DNA from: an uncultured Phycisphaerales bacterium
GTDB taxonomy: Bacteria; Planctomycetota; Phycisphaerae; Sedimentisphaerales; Anaerobacaceae
NCBI GenBank assembly: GCA_963718665.1
Contig: OY970359.1
Span: 2,496,001-2,560,000 of the forward strand
Reading direction: 5' to 3'
Length of the DNA: 64,000 bases
The notes beneath the pieces are model-generated. The model was not told the origin of the DNA and did not search any database. It saw only the letters and a program-made list of their open reading frames with translations. The translations under genes were made by a program, and so were the position numbers. Positions 28,236 to 38,442 of the stretch are shown here, in pieces. How positions within the stretch are numbered: the first letter of the stretch is position 1; each line of letters starts with the position of its first letter.

Positions 28236-31200
28236 TTATGTCGCGACAAGCTCTGCTACCCCGACCTTGTTTCTCGCTCCGACCTGTTCGACAAACGCCT
28301 CAAGACGTGTCGTCAGCGTTACGTCCTCCTGGCCGTCGAAGCTGAGATTCAGAATCGGCATCTCATTGCAGTCGGCGCTCAATCGCCTTGTCTGTGTGCT
28401 GACTATCGTCGAGGGCATACAGGTAAAAGGCATTACGTTTACGACGCCGCCGAAGCCGTCTGTGTGGTATTCAACCATTTTGCCTATACTCAGTATCGCC
28501 TCACCTTCAAATGACGCATCGATATATGGTTTTGCCAAGTCGATTGTATGTTTTGTGGGGTGTTCGGCAAGCCGGCCAAATTTTTTCTCCATCGGCTCCG
28601 CCAGCGACCGTTCAATCCTGTGCTGGAAGAAATTCTGAACTGCGTTATTGAGCAGGTTTTTCCACTGACCTCTGCGATGCGCCATTTTGTGGCGTGTGAA
28701 ATTAGTATAATAAATCCATTCCGCGAGCGGGGCGAGGTCGCAGGCCGCCCCAAGGTCTTCAAGCCGACGAATGATATTGAGATTCGCGAACGGGTGGTTG
28801 CGGACGTATATCTCGCCAACGATGCCAATCCTGGGTTTTTGCAGTTTGTTGTTCAGTTTGACTTTCGCAAACTCTTCGGCAAATTGTCTAAAAAGCAGAA
28901 CCTTGTCTGGGAATCGGCTGTGCTTCACCAGATGCCGGGTCCATTGCTGAACACAATTTTCATATACCTGCTGAACCTGTTTGGTATCGACTGCAAACGG
29001 GCGCAACCGCAGAATCAATTTATGCAGCAGGTCGATGCCGACGATTGAGGTCCAGATGTCTTTCATAAAAGTCACCGGCCCAGCGCCGTCGAAATTGCTC
29101 ACGAAATGGCTGTAGAAGTTGCTGTCCTGATTAGGGGCGAAGATAATTGCCTCATCAACGCCGGCATGTTTGAAGACAAGTTTATGCATACAGTGATAAA
29201 GGCCGAATCTGCAGGGGCCTGATGTGCCGGGCATAAAGAACGCCGCATTCCGGGGCTTTATGCCGTCCTGCTCCAGAACCTTAAGCATTTCTCCGCATGT
29301 TATCGCGCAGGGCAGGCACTCTTTGCCTGTGGTATAAGCCCTGCCTCGCATAAGCGCCGCCTCATCCGCAATCGGCATAACCTCCGAGGGCTGTCCGTAT
29401 GCCTTCAGACATGCTGCTATTCCGAACGACGCGTCACCCATGTAGGGTATGTACAGCGTCCTCTTTCCAGCATACGTTTTATTTACTTTGTCTTCTGTCT
29501 TCTGCCTTCTGTCTTCTGTATTCTGTTTGTAGTTCTTCAAACTTTCTAAAAACGCCTCAATTCGCGTTACTACCCCCGCATCCGCAGAATGCTCATCTAT
29601 TTCCAGCTGCAGGCAGGGCTTATTTCCCATTATGTCTTTGAAGAAGGGCATCAAAAACGAATCAGGTCCGCAGCTGAAATTGGACAGATACACCGCGAAG
29701 AGGCGGTTGTCCCGTTTGATAATTTCCGCCGCACGCAGAATTTTTTGTCCGTACGACCAGTAAATTTCACTGTGCAGTTTTTCATCGCTTAGCCGGGCTT
29801 CTTTGAGGTCGAGCATATCCATCGGCATCATTTCCACGCCGGCGTCGATGAATTTTCCGGGCAATTGCAGGCTCACGCCTTCGTCGCAGCCGTTGTATGG
29901 CCTGCTGACTAACACAAACAATTTCTCATTTGGCCCGATACCGGCAAGAATCTCTTTGCCTTTGTCCAACAGCGCCTGCTCAAAGCCCTGTTGCGTCTCG
30001 AATCCTTTTTCCACCGCCTTGCGAACCAGCGATGATGAGACATTTAATTTTTTGCCGAGTTCCGCGAATGTCTTTTGCGTAATACTGTCACCCTCACCGA
30101 GACGCAGCGTGGCAATTAACAACTTCGTTTTGCCAAGCTTATCGCCGAATGCGCTTCGCACCTGGTATGGGAACGACTGAACGTATGGACAAAAATGATT
30201 GTGCTTGTTCTGCGGGAAGCTGCCCGCTACGGAAACTATGCTTGGCAGGAAGATATAATCCACGCCTTTTTCAATCAGTTCGACAATATGTCCATACGCG
30301 ACTTTGACTGGAAAACAGGGTTGAGCTGTTACCGATTCTACGCCTTTGCGAATCGTCTCTTTGTTTGTTCGACCTGATAAAACAACCTCGAAACCCAGCT
30401 CTTTGAAAAATTGTGAAAATGTGGGCAACAACTGCCAGGATACAAGCGCCATCGGGATGCCAATTGTTTTTGATTGTCGGTTGCCGATTGCCGATTGTCG
30501 ATTAAGCCCTGCGAATTCAAGGAGTTTGGTCTGGCGGTATTGGAAGGCATTGAAACGGCTCTTTTTTTGAATGGTTTTTTTGAGGTTATACCTGTCGCAT
30601 CGTGACCCGTAATATAATGGTTCCGAGCCGGCCAGTTGCACTTTCTTTATCTCGCAATGGTTCGAACAATGGTCGCAGGTGAACGACTCTACGGTATAAT
30701 TGGCATTTACAAGATTTTCGAATCCCTTGAACCTGCTTTCGGGTTTGATACCTGATTGTGTGGCGGCCTGTTCGATATGTTCGGCAGCAATTGCCGCAGC
30801 GCCAAGAGCGCCCGTAATTTCATGATGGTCGGGGACCATAATGGGTTTGCCGGTTACTTTTTCGAAAGCCGCCCAGACAGCCGTGTTAAACGCCGTGCCG
30901 CCCTGGAAGCAGATGTTATTCCCGATTTTTCGTCGTCCGACAACGCGGTTGAGGTAATTGGCGACAATAGAGTAAGCAAGACCCGCGACGAGGTCTTCAG
31001 TAATCGCTCCCTGCTGTTGATAACTCAGCAAATCCGATTCCATAAAAACCGTGCATCGCTCACCCAGTTTGACGGGCGATTTGCTCGCGAAGGCAAGCCG
31101 GGCAAACTCTTCTTTAATGCTTATCCCCAATCGACTTGCCTGTTCTTCAATGAATGAACCTGTCCCCGCGGCACAGGCGTGATTCATCTCGAAATCAACG

Positions 31201-32603
31201 ACCACGCCGTTGTTCAGCGAGATATATTTGCTGTCTTGGCCGCCTATTTCGAAAATGGTGTCCACTTTGGGATTTATGATGGCTGCCCCGGTGGCCTGAG
31301 CGGTAATTTCATTTATAACGACATCCGCACCGATAAAGTCGCCCGTTAGGTATCGCCCGGAGCCGGTGCTGGCTGCGCCGATGATTTTCACTTTGTTTTG
31401 CACCTGTTCGCCGATTGATTTCATCACCTGATGTATCGCGTCTAAAGGCCTGCCGGCGGTCATCAAGTAGATTTTAGCGAGGATGCGTTTTTGCCTGTCT
31501 ATCACGACTGCCTTGGTACTTAATGAGCCGACGTCGATGCCGAGATATGCCTCTATTGGTTCAGCAGCTTTTGCGAGCAGGTCGTTGCGAACATTATTTT
31601 TCGGAGGAGGTAAAACCGGCGTTGCGAGCAGTTCCCTGCGAGGGGCGTTTTGAAGTGATGAACCACGTTGACTGGTATATTCGTCGATATTCTCAATCAG
31701 CGAGTTGGCGGAGATGCTGTGTAATCCTTTGCTTTTTGCGGTGAGGACCGCACCGATTGCGCCTGTGAAGAAATGGGTCTCGGGGACGATGAGCCGGCCA
31801 TCTGTAGTTTCAAAGACCTCGGAGATTGCCTTGACGACACCGGCGTTTGCGGCTACGCCTCCTGTAAAGATGATTGGTTTGATAAACTCACGTCCGCAGC
31901 CGAGGTTGCTTTTGAGGTTTCTCGCAAGGGCCAAGCAAAGCCCCGCGAGGATATCGGCCACCGGCGTTGCCTGCTGCTGGAGGTGAATCATATCGCTTTT
32001 GGCGAAGACCGAGCATCGGCCCGCCATTCGCGGGACATTTTTGCTTTCAATCGCCAGCCGGCCGAATTCTTCCTCTATATTGATGCCTAAGCGGTCCGCC
32101 TGCTGGTCAAGAAATGAGCCGGTCCCCGCGGCGCATACGGTATTTAAGGCAAAATCTTTCACCTGTCCAGCGCCTGACTCGTTGTGCAGGAAAATCAGTT
32201 TGCTGTCCTGGCCGCCCATTTCAATGACGGTGGCGTTTTGAATATCCGGATACAGATACGATATCGCGGCGGCCTGCGCAGCCACTTCATTTATGAAGGG
32301 AATTCCCAGTAATTTGGCGGGCAATCGTGCGGCGGAGCCGGTCGCCGCGATTGTCTCGACGTTGGCGGGATTTATCTTTGCAAATATCTCCCGCAATTGC
32401 GTGCGGAATGTCTCTACGGGTTTGCCTTTTGTCCGCCTGTAGTCCGAAAGGACAATTCTGTTCTGGTCATCAAGAATTACGACATCGCTGCTGGTTGACC
32501 CGATGTCAATACCGAGAAAGAAAGTTCCTGTGCCTCTGATAGGTTCGAGGCCGAGTCCTTTGGTTGTCTGTGATGAAATAATTTTCGGCTGTTCTTGCTC
32601 CAT
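28236..32603 (-). CDS. Multidomain acyl-CoA dehydratase activase (two BadF/BadG ATPase domains plus dehydratase-like domains)
   Basis: Two GIDxGS / GGQDSK / CAAGTGSF / RCxVF sets; PCFP, SCGPD, DEHS, ECLP, GPCRFG, PFTCMP. Confidence 0.9.
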   Translation of the reverse strand: MEQEQPKIISSQTTKGLGLEPIRGTGTFFLGIDIGSTSSDVVILDDQNRIVLSDYRRTKGKPVETFRTQLREIFAKINPANVETIAATGSAARLPAKLLGIPFINEVAAQAAAISYLYPDIQNATVIEMGGQDSKLIFLHNESGAGQVKDFALNTVCAAGTGSFLDQQADRLGINIEEEFGRLAIESKNVPRMAGRCSVFAKSDMIHLQQQATPVADILAGLCLALARNLKSNLGCGREFIKPIIFTGGVAANAGVVKAISEVFETTDGRLIVPETHFFTGAIGAVLTAKSKGLHSISANSLIENIDEYTSQRGSSLQNAPRRELLATPVLPPPKNNVRNDLLAKAAEPIEAYLGIDVGSLSTKAVVIDRQKRILAKIYLMTAGRPLDAIHQVMKSIGEQVQNKVKIIGAASTGSGRYLTGDFIGADVVINEITAQATGAAIINPKVDTIFEIGGQDSKYISLNNGVVVDFEMNHACAAGTGSFIEEQASRLGISIKEEFARLAFASKSPVKLGERCTVFMESDLLSYQQQGAITEDLVAGLAYSIVANYLNRVVGRRKIGNNICFQGGTAFNTAVWAAFEKVTGKPIMVPDHHEITGALGAAAIAAEHIEQAATQSGIKPESRFKGFENLVNANYTVESFTCDHCSNHCEIKKVQLAGSEPLYYGSRCDRYNLKKTIQKKSRFNAFQYRQTKLLEFAGLNRQSAIGNRQSKTIGIPMALVSWQLLPTFSQFFKELGFEVVLSGRTNKETIRKGVESVTAQPCFPVKVAYGHIVELIEKGVDYIFLPSIVSVAGSFPQNKHNHFCPYVQSFPYQVRSAFGDKLGKTKLLIATLRLGEGDSITQKTFAELGKKLNVSSSLVRKAVEKGFETQQGFEQALLDKGKEILAGIGPNEKLFVLVSRPYNGCDEGVSLQLPGKFIDAGVEMMPMDMLDLKEARLSDEKLHSEIYWSYGQKILRAAEIIKRDNRLFAVYLSNFSCGPDSFLMPFFKDIMGNKPCLQLEIDEHSADAGVVTRIEAFLESLKNYKQNTEDRRQKTEDKVNKTYAGKRTLYIPYMGDASFGIAACLKAYGQPSEVMPIADEAALMRGRAYTTGKECLPCAITCGEMLKVLEQDGIKPRNAAFFMPGTSGPCRFGLYHCMHKLVFKHAGVDEAIIFAPNQDSNFYSHFVSNFDGAGPVTFMKDIWTSIVGIDLLHKLILRLRPFAVDTKQVQQVYENCVQQWTRHLVKHSRFPDKVLLFRQFAEEFAKVKLNNKLQKPRIGIVGEIYVRNHPFANLNIIRRLEDLGAACDLAPLAEWIYYTNFTRHKMAHRRGQWKNLLNNAVQNFFQHRIERSLAEPMEKKFGRLAEHPTKHTIDLAKPYIDASFEGEAILSIGKMVEYHTDGFGGVVNVMPFTCMPSTIVSTQTRRLSADCNEMPILNLSFDGQEDVTLTTRLEAFVEQVGARNKVGVAELVAT
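29491..29525. repeat. Intragenic heptamer tandem repeat
   Basis: tcttctg tcttctg ccttctg tcttctg tattctg, encoding QNTEDRRQKTED on the minus strand. Confidence 0.75.
30472..30503. repeat. Intragenic heptamer tandem repeat
   Basis: gattgtc ggttgcc gattgcc gattgtc gatt, encoding NRQSAIGNRQS on the minus strand. Confidence 0.75.
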
Positions 32604-32835
32604 ATTCGGCTTCCTGGTCCCCTGAATCTCGTAACCGTCAGGGACGCATTACTATAACCGATTTTTTGCTGTTGACAAGTGGCGGGTTCCGGCATTTTGG
32701 ACGCACTGTTTCGAGGTATGAAAAGGCACTCTGGAGTATGTCCGCCCGCTACCGAGAACGTCTTGTATTATGCGAAAGCTTCGTCTAAACTGTATGTGCA
32801 TTTACAAGGATAAGCCGAAGGAAACAGCCGGAGCG

Positions 32836-34347
32836 ATGAACGGATATTGGCAAACAAAACAGGGGCAGCTGGTAATTCTGATTGCGATTTTAATCGGCTC
32901 GGCGATTCTTCTGCTGGCTAATCTCGGCAATCAGTATCTGTGGCAGGATGAGGCGCAGACGGCGCTTATCAGCAAGACGATACTTACCGATGGCGTTCCG
33001 CGAGGGTATTACGGTAAAAATTATTTCTCACAGGAAGAGGGGGACGAATACGGGAAAAATTATATCTGGCGATGGCACACGTGGCTGCCGTTTTACGTTC
33101 TGGCCGGGTTTTACGAGGTATTCGGGGTAAGCACGTTTGTCTGCCGGCTGCCATTCGCGCTGTTTGGTCTTGGCACAGTTGCGCTGCTGTATTTTTTTGC
33201 CAAATCGCTTTGGCCTGGGACTCGGATACCAGCGATTGCGGCGTCATTGCTGGCGATATCGGTTCCGTTCCTGCTTTTATGCAGGCAGTGCCGGTATTAC
33301 AGTATGGCAATGTTCTTTACTTTACTTTCGTTGTACGCCTACGTTTTGCTGCTGGAGGGGAGAAAACACGCTTCTTTATTGCTGTTTGCCGCGATGACAC
33401 TGCTGTTTCACAGTCAGCATATTTATGTGGCGATTTTTTTCCCGGCGGTTTTTCTGCACGCGGTGATTTTCCATCGCACCCGACTTAAAACGCTGGGCAA
33501 GGTAGCTGCGCTGGTCATATTAGTCAATACGCCCTGGCTTATCTGGCTTTCCGGGATGAAATACGCGAGCCCATACCAGGAAGCGGGACTATTGCGGGTG
33601 CTTTTTGTTTTTATCGTGAGGTATGTCCATGACCTTGCCTGTTATGTATTTCCAGTATGGCTGTTTGCGGTGCTGCCGGTCTGGTATATTGTTACTCGCG
33701 TCAGAACGGGTCGGTTTCCAGTGTTCAGCCGGCAAGTATGGGAGAGATTATCACTGCTTGTCTTTTTCATTGTGTTCAATATAATCGCAGTTTCGGCTAA
33801 AACCCCTTCTCCGTTTTTTTGGTACTTAGCCCCATCGATTATACTGCTGATTCTTCTGGCGGCTGTTATCATAAACGCCGCGTGGGAGGCGCATCTGCTT
33901 ATCGCTGTGGCGGCGGTCATTTTGTTGGTTACTACCGGCCAGATGAAGGATTACCTTTACGAAATTACCCATGATTATGACGGGCCTGAGGAAGGTATCG
34001 CGAAATATCTTAATGAACACGGTTCCCCTACGGATATTGTTGCTGTTACAAATGGCGACATGGCACTGAAGTTTTACACCAAAATGAGGGTGGTCGGCGG
34101 ATTTACGGGCGAAGACCTTTCGCCCGCGAAAAACGCCCGGTGGGTGATAATTCGTAAACATAGCTTTGTCGGTAAAGAACAAAAAATGCGGGATTATCTG
34201 CAGGAGAATATACCGACGCAGGAGTTACACAAGATAATAATCAATTATCCTGACATACTGTTTGAAAACAGGGAAAACCCGAACGAGCACCGTTTTCGAA
34301 CCGACACAGAGGAGAGTAATGTGGTTATTTACGAGAGGATGAACTGA
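32836..34347 (+). CDS. ArnT/PMT-like GT-C glycosyltransferase
   Basis: LWQDEA luminal motif after TM1; RLPFAL; RQCRYY; multi-TM. Start codon uncertain (32770 alternative). Confidence 0.75.
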   Translation: MNGYWQTKQGQLVILIAILIGSAILLLANLGNQYLWQDEAQTALISKTILTDGVPRGYYGKNYFSQEEGDEYGKNYIWRWHTWLPFYVLAGFYEVFGVSTFVCRLPFALFGLGTVALLYFFAKSLWPGTRIPAIAASLLAISVPFLLLCRQCRYYSMAMFFTLLSLYAYVLLLEGRKHASLLLFAAMTLLFHSQHIYVAIFFPAVFLHAVIFHRTRLKTLGKVAALVILVNTPWLIWLSGMKYASPYQEAGLLRVLFVFIVRYVHDLACYVFPVWLFAVLPVWYIVTRVRTGRFPVFSRQVWERLSLLVFFIVFNIIAVSAKTPSPFFWYLAPSIILLILLAAVIINAAWEAHLLIAVAAVILLVTTGQMKDYLYEITHDYDGPEEGIAKYLNEHGSPTDIVAVTNGDMALKFYTKMRVVGGFTGEDLSPAKNARWVIIRKHSFVGKEQKMRDYLQENIPTQELHKIIINYPDILFENRENPNEHRFRTDTEESNVVIYERMN

Positions 34348-35993
34348 TGGGGCAGACAAAGAAGTCAGCCGTTGATAAGAAACTGGATGTTGCCGCTCGC
34401 TTCAATATCTGGCCTTGGGTGGCGATTATCGGGGTGATAATCGCAGCGGCAGTTATTCGAGGTCGGCTGCTTTCTGTGCCATTCGAGCGGGACGAGGGCG
34501 AATATGCTTATATAGCGCAGCAAATGTTAAAGGGTGTGCCTCCTTATGTCTCGGCGTACAGTATGAAGCTGCCGGGAATCTATGTTGTTTATGCCCTGAT
34601 AATGACCTTGTTTGGACAGACGCATACGGGTGTTCACCTCGGTCTTCTAATCTTCAATGCCGCGACGATATTTGTGGTATTTTTGCTTGCCAAAAAAATA
34701 TTCGGGTCGATTGCCGCGGTTGCTGCCGGTGGTGTCTATGCTGTATTATCCATAACTTCCGGAGTAACAGGGCTTTGGGCGAATGCGGAGCATTTTGTTA
34801 TTCTGCCGGCGCTTGTGGGCATATTACTTATTTGTAACAGCAACGGCAAAACAGGGTATGTCCGATTGCTGATTGCAGGACTGCTTTTCGGTCTTGCGTT
34901 TATTATCAAGCAGCACGGTATTATGTTTGCTATTTTTGGCGCGTTGTATTTGCTTTATTCCGGTTTGCGACAAAGGCCGATTCAATGGCTAAAAGTCATT
35001 ATCTCTCAGATTATTTTTAACGCCGTGGTTCTTCTGCCGTTTGTTTTAGTATGTCTTTTTTACTGGTTTTACGGCACCTTTGATAAGTTCTGGTTCTGGA
35101 CGTTCACATACGCCCGCGAGTATGCGGCGGGCGTTTCTCTGGATGCCGCATGGGAGCTTTTAACATACCAGGCAAAGATGATGTTCTATGAAGGTTTTCC
35201 AATATGGTTTCTTTCTGTTTTTGGCTTTTTCGCCGTTGTTGTTATGAGGAGATATCGTCAATTGGCGGCATTAGCCGCGGGATTTTTTATTTTTTCATTT
35301 TTGGCCGTTTGCCCGGGTTTTTATTTCCGCAACCATTATTTCATTTTTCTTTTGCCCGCGGCGGCAATTTTGGCCGGAGTTGGCATTGCTGTGATTGATG
35401 GATTATACGCGGGAACGATGCCGATGCCGATGCGGCTGGCCATAACCGGTAGTATTGGTCTCATTGTTATCGGCTATACGTTGTATGACCAGCAGGAGTG
35501 TTTATTTACTCTTTCACCGGAAGATGTTTGCCGAAAGGTTTATAGCGTCAACCCATTCCCGGAATCGCTTCAGATAGCAAAATTTATCCGGGATAATTCG
35601 CGTCCCGATGCCCCAATAGCTGTTGTCGGCTCCGAACCGCAAATCTGCTTCTATTCCGACAGACGTTCGGCTACCAAATATATTTATACTTATCCGCTTA
35701 TGGAGCCACAGCCGTACGCCATGCAGATGCAGGAAGAAATGATTGCTCAAATTGAGACCGCCAACCCTGAATTTGTGATTTTTATAAATGTTCCCATGTC
35801 ATGGCTGGCAAGACCAAATTCCGTTCAAAAGATATTCGGGTGGTTTGATTCATATTTGTTCACACATTACGAGGTGGTCGGTATCGCCGACATTTTGGGT
35901 AATAGGCCGACTATCTGGCGGTGGAACAATCAGGCAGCCAATTATAAACCAGTATCGATAGCATCGGTTGTTGTTTTAAAGAGGAAACAATGA
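34347..35993 (+). CDS. ArnT/PMT-like GT-C glycosyltransferase
   Basis: FERDEGEYAY, KLPG, ANAEHF, IKQ; multi-TM. Confidence 0.75.
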   Translation: MGQTKKSAVDKKLDVAARFNIWPWVAIIGVIIAAAVIRGRLLSVPFERDEGEYAYIAQQMLKGVPPYVSAYSMKLPGIYVVYALIMTLFGQTHTGVHLGLLIFNAATIFVVFLLAKKIFGSIAAVAAGGVYAVLSITSGVTGLWANAEHFVILPALVGILLICNSNGKTGYVRLLIAGLLFGLAFIIKQHGIMFAIFGALYLLYSGLRQRPIQWLKVIISQIIFNAVVLLPFVLVCLFYWFYGTFDKFWFWTFTYAREYAAGVSLDAAWELLTYQAKMMFYEGFPIWFLSVFGFFAVVVMRRYRQLAALAAGFFIFSFLAVCPGFYFRNHYFIFLLPAAAILAGVGIAVIDGLYAGTMPMPMRLAITGSIGLIVIGYTLYDQQECLFTLSPEDVCRKVYSVNPFPESLQIAKFIRDNSRPDAPIAVVGSEPQICFYSDRRSATKYIYTYPLMEPQPYAMQMQEEMIAQIETANPEFVIFINVPMSWLARPNSVQKIFGWFDSYLFTHYEVVGIADILGNRPTIWRWNNQAANYKPVSIASVVVLKRKQ

Positions 35994-36048
35994 TACCGGA
36001 AGCGGTTTTGCGCTACCGAGGATAATGAAGAACCGCTATAATGTTCTT

Positions 36049-36837
36049 ATGTTCGCGAATAAAAAAGTAGTTGTTGTGATGCCGGCTTATAACGCTGAGA
36101 AGACCCTTCGCAAGACCTATGATGAGGTGATGGCGCAGGGAATCGTTGACCTTGTTATTATTGTTGATGACGCAAGCAAAGACGGGACGGTCGATGTGGC
36201 GTCAAAACTGCCTCATGCCGTTGTCCATACGCATCCGCAAAATCGCGGGTATGGCGCCAACCAGAAGACCTGCTATAAACTTGCTCTCGAAAACGGGGCC
36301 GACATCGTAATAATGGTGCATCCCGATTACCAGTACACGCCGTTGCTGATACCGGCGATGGCGTCTATGATTGCAAACGAGCTTTACCATTGTGTGCTGG
36401 GTTCGCGAATCCTCGGCGGTCATGCGCTGGCGGGCAATATGCCGATTTACAAATACGTGTCAAACCGGTTTCTCACGCTTGCAGAAAACATTCTTACGGG
36501 TGCGAAGCTGTCCGAGTACCACACGGGCTACCGCGCTTTTTCCAGGCAGTTGCTGGAGCGGCTGCCTCTGGACGGCAATTCCGATGATTTTATTTTTGAC
36601 AACCAGATGCTCGCCCAGATACTATGGTTTGGGTACACGATAGCCGAGGTAAGCTGCCCGACGAAATACTTCCCTGAGGCGTCATCAATTAACTTCGGTC
36701 GCAGCACCAAATACGGTTTCGGCTGTTTGTGGACGGGATTAAAATTTCGCCTGGCGAAAATGAACCTCATAAAATCACAACTGTTTCCAAATAATCGATG
36801 CGTAAAATCACCCACAAGTCCCGTGCGTCCTGGGTAA
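36049..36837 (+). CDS. GT2 polyprenol-phosphate glycosyltransferase (DPM1-like)
   Basis: VVMPAYN, VDDASKD, NRGYGANQK, HPDYQY, EYHTGYRAF. Confidence 0.9.
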   Translation: MFANKKVVVVMPAYNAEKTLRKTYDEVMAQGIVDLVIIVDDASKDGTVDVASKLPHAVVHTHPQNRGYGANQKTCYKLALENGADIVIMVHPDYQYTPLLIPAMASMIANELYHCVLGSRILGGHALAGNMPIYKYVSNRFLTLAENILTGAKLSEYHTGYRAFSRQLLERLPLDGNSDDFIFDNQMLAQILWFGYTIAEVSCPTKYFPEASSINFGRSTKYGFGCLWTGLKFRLAKMNLIKSQLFPNNRCVKSPTSPVRPG

Positions 36838-38390
36838 TCGGGGCAGCCCTTGCGGTAATTACAATCGCCGTATTCTGTCGGGTCGCGACATTTTATTTTA
36901 TCACATACGATGACCCCTCTTACGTTACCGCGAATCCGCAGGTCCAGGCGGGCCTTAGCGTGAAAAATTTTGCCTGGGCGGTTACCTCTTCGAGTGCCTA
37001 CAACTGGCATCCGCTGACGTGGCTTTCGCTGATGCTTGATTGTCAGCTTTTCGGTCCTGACGCGGGCCGGCTTCACATGACAAATCTGTTTCTGCATACG
37101 GCTAATACTGTTTTGCTTTTTATTCTTTTGCTGCGAATTACGAGCGCCTTATGGCCCAGCGCGTTTGTCGCCGCGGCCTTTGCGATTCACCCGCTTCATA
37201 TCCAGTCGGTCGCTTGGGTGGCGGAACGCAAAGATGTGCTGAGCACCTTGTTCTGGCTGCTGACGATGTTGCTTTATGTGCGTTATACCGAGCGTTCTTC
37301 GATGGGCAGGTATGTCCTCGCGCTTTTTGTTTTTGCTTTGGGCCTTATGGCCAAGCCGATGCTTGTTACGCTGCCTGTTATTCTGCTGCTTCTTGATTAC
37401 TGGCCGCTTAAACGCAAATGTTCGCTCCCAAAGCTGCTCTTGGAAAAACTTCCGTTTGTTTTTCTTGCCGGCGTATCAAGCGTAATAACGCTCGTTATTC
37501 AATCGCAAAGCGGGGCGGTAAAAGACGTAATCAAATTCCCGTTTGACATTCGAGTCATAAACGCACTTGTCTCATACGTTAAATATATCTTAAAAATGTT
37601 CTGGCCCGTGAATTTGTCGGTGTTTTATCCTCACCCGGGCCGGTCGCTTCATTTTTCTGATGCGGTTATCCCCACGCTGCTGCTTGTTGCGGTAACGGCT
37701 TTGGCGATTCGTTTTGCCAAGACACGCGGCTATCTATTGTTCGGCTGGTTGTGGTATATCTGCACGCTAATACCGGTAATAGGCCTGATTCAGGTCGGCA
37801 ACCAGGCGATGGCGGACCGATATACGTATATCCCGCTTATCGGGCTATTTATCATCATTGCTTGGGGATTGCCTGAATTGTTCGCCCGATACGCTTTTCG
37901 CAAAACCGTTCTCGCAATCGCCGCGGTGGTTGTCCTTTCGGCTATGGTTGTCTCGACGTGTATGCAGCTTGGTTACTGGCAAAGCAGCGTTACTATTTTC
38001 GAACGAGCCGTTGAGGTAAATCCGAATGACCGTTTTGCGCAGGCGAATCTCGGTGTCGCTTTTCTTCGCAAAAACTCTTACGACGACGCGATTGTTCATT
38101 TTGAAAAGGCGCTGCAAATCGACCCCTGCGACGCTATGTCGCACCTGAATATAGGGGTCGTGTTGTTCCGCAAAAATAAAATCGACGAGGCGGTAAGTCA
38201 TTTTGAAAAAGCGGCGGCAATTGACCCGTGCGACGTGCCGACACGCCTGAATCTCGCGACCGGTTTGGCAAAACAGGGCAAAACGCAACGGGCGATAGAG
38301 CAATGTGATGAGATTCTTCGAATAGCGCCTGGGCGAAGCGAGGCGATTGAATTGAGACGACAGATTCTTCAGCAGCAGCAACGCCAATGA
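36798..38390 (+). CDS. TMTC-like membrane glycosyltransferase with C-terminal TPRs
   Basis: YDDPSYV, NWHPLTWLS, HPLHIQSVAWVAERKD, ADRYTYIP, TPR tail. Confidence 0.82.
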   Translation: MRKITHKSRASWVIGAALAVITIAVFCRVATFYFITYDDPSYVTANPQVQAGLSVKNFAWAVTSSSAYNWHPLTWLSLMLDCQLFGPDAGRLHMTNLFLHTANTVLLFILLLRITSALWPSAFVAAAFAIHPLHIQSVAWVAERKDVLSTLFWLLTMLLYVRYTERSSMGRYVLALFVFALGLMAKPMLVTLPVILLLLDYWPLKRKCSLPKLLLEKLPFVFLAGVSSVITLVIQSQSGAVKDVIKFPFDIRVINALVSYVKYILKMFWPVNLSVFYPHPGRSLHFSDAVIPTLLLVAVTALAIRFAKTRGYLLFGWLWYICTLIPVIGLIQVGNQAMADRYTYIPLIGLFIIIAWGLPELFARYAFRKTVLAIAAVVVLSAMVVSTCMQLGYWQSSVTIFERAVEVNPNDRFAQANLGVAFLRKNSYDDAIVHFEKALQIDPCDAMSHLNIGVVLFRKNKIDEAVSHFEKAAAIDPCDVPTRLNLATGLAKQGKTQRAIEQCDEILRIAPGRSEAIELRRQILQQQQRQ

Positions 38391-38405
38391 TAAAAACAAT
38401 CCTGC

Positions 38406-38434
38406 TTGACAGTTACCCCGTTTGCAAATAGAGT
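38406..38434 (+). promoter_or_regulatory. Sigma70-type promoter of polA
   Basis: ttgaca-N17-tagagt, ending 8 nt before the ATG at 38443. Confidence 0.55.
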
Positions 38435-38442
38435 TTCCTCTG

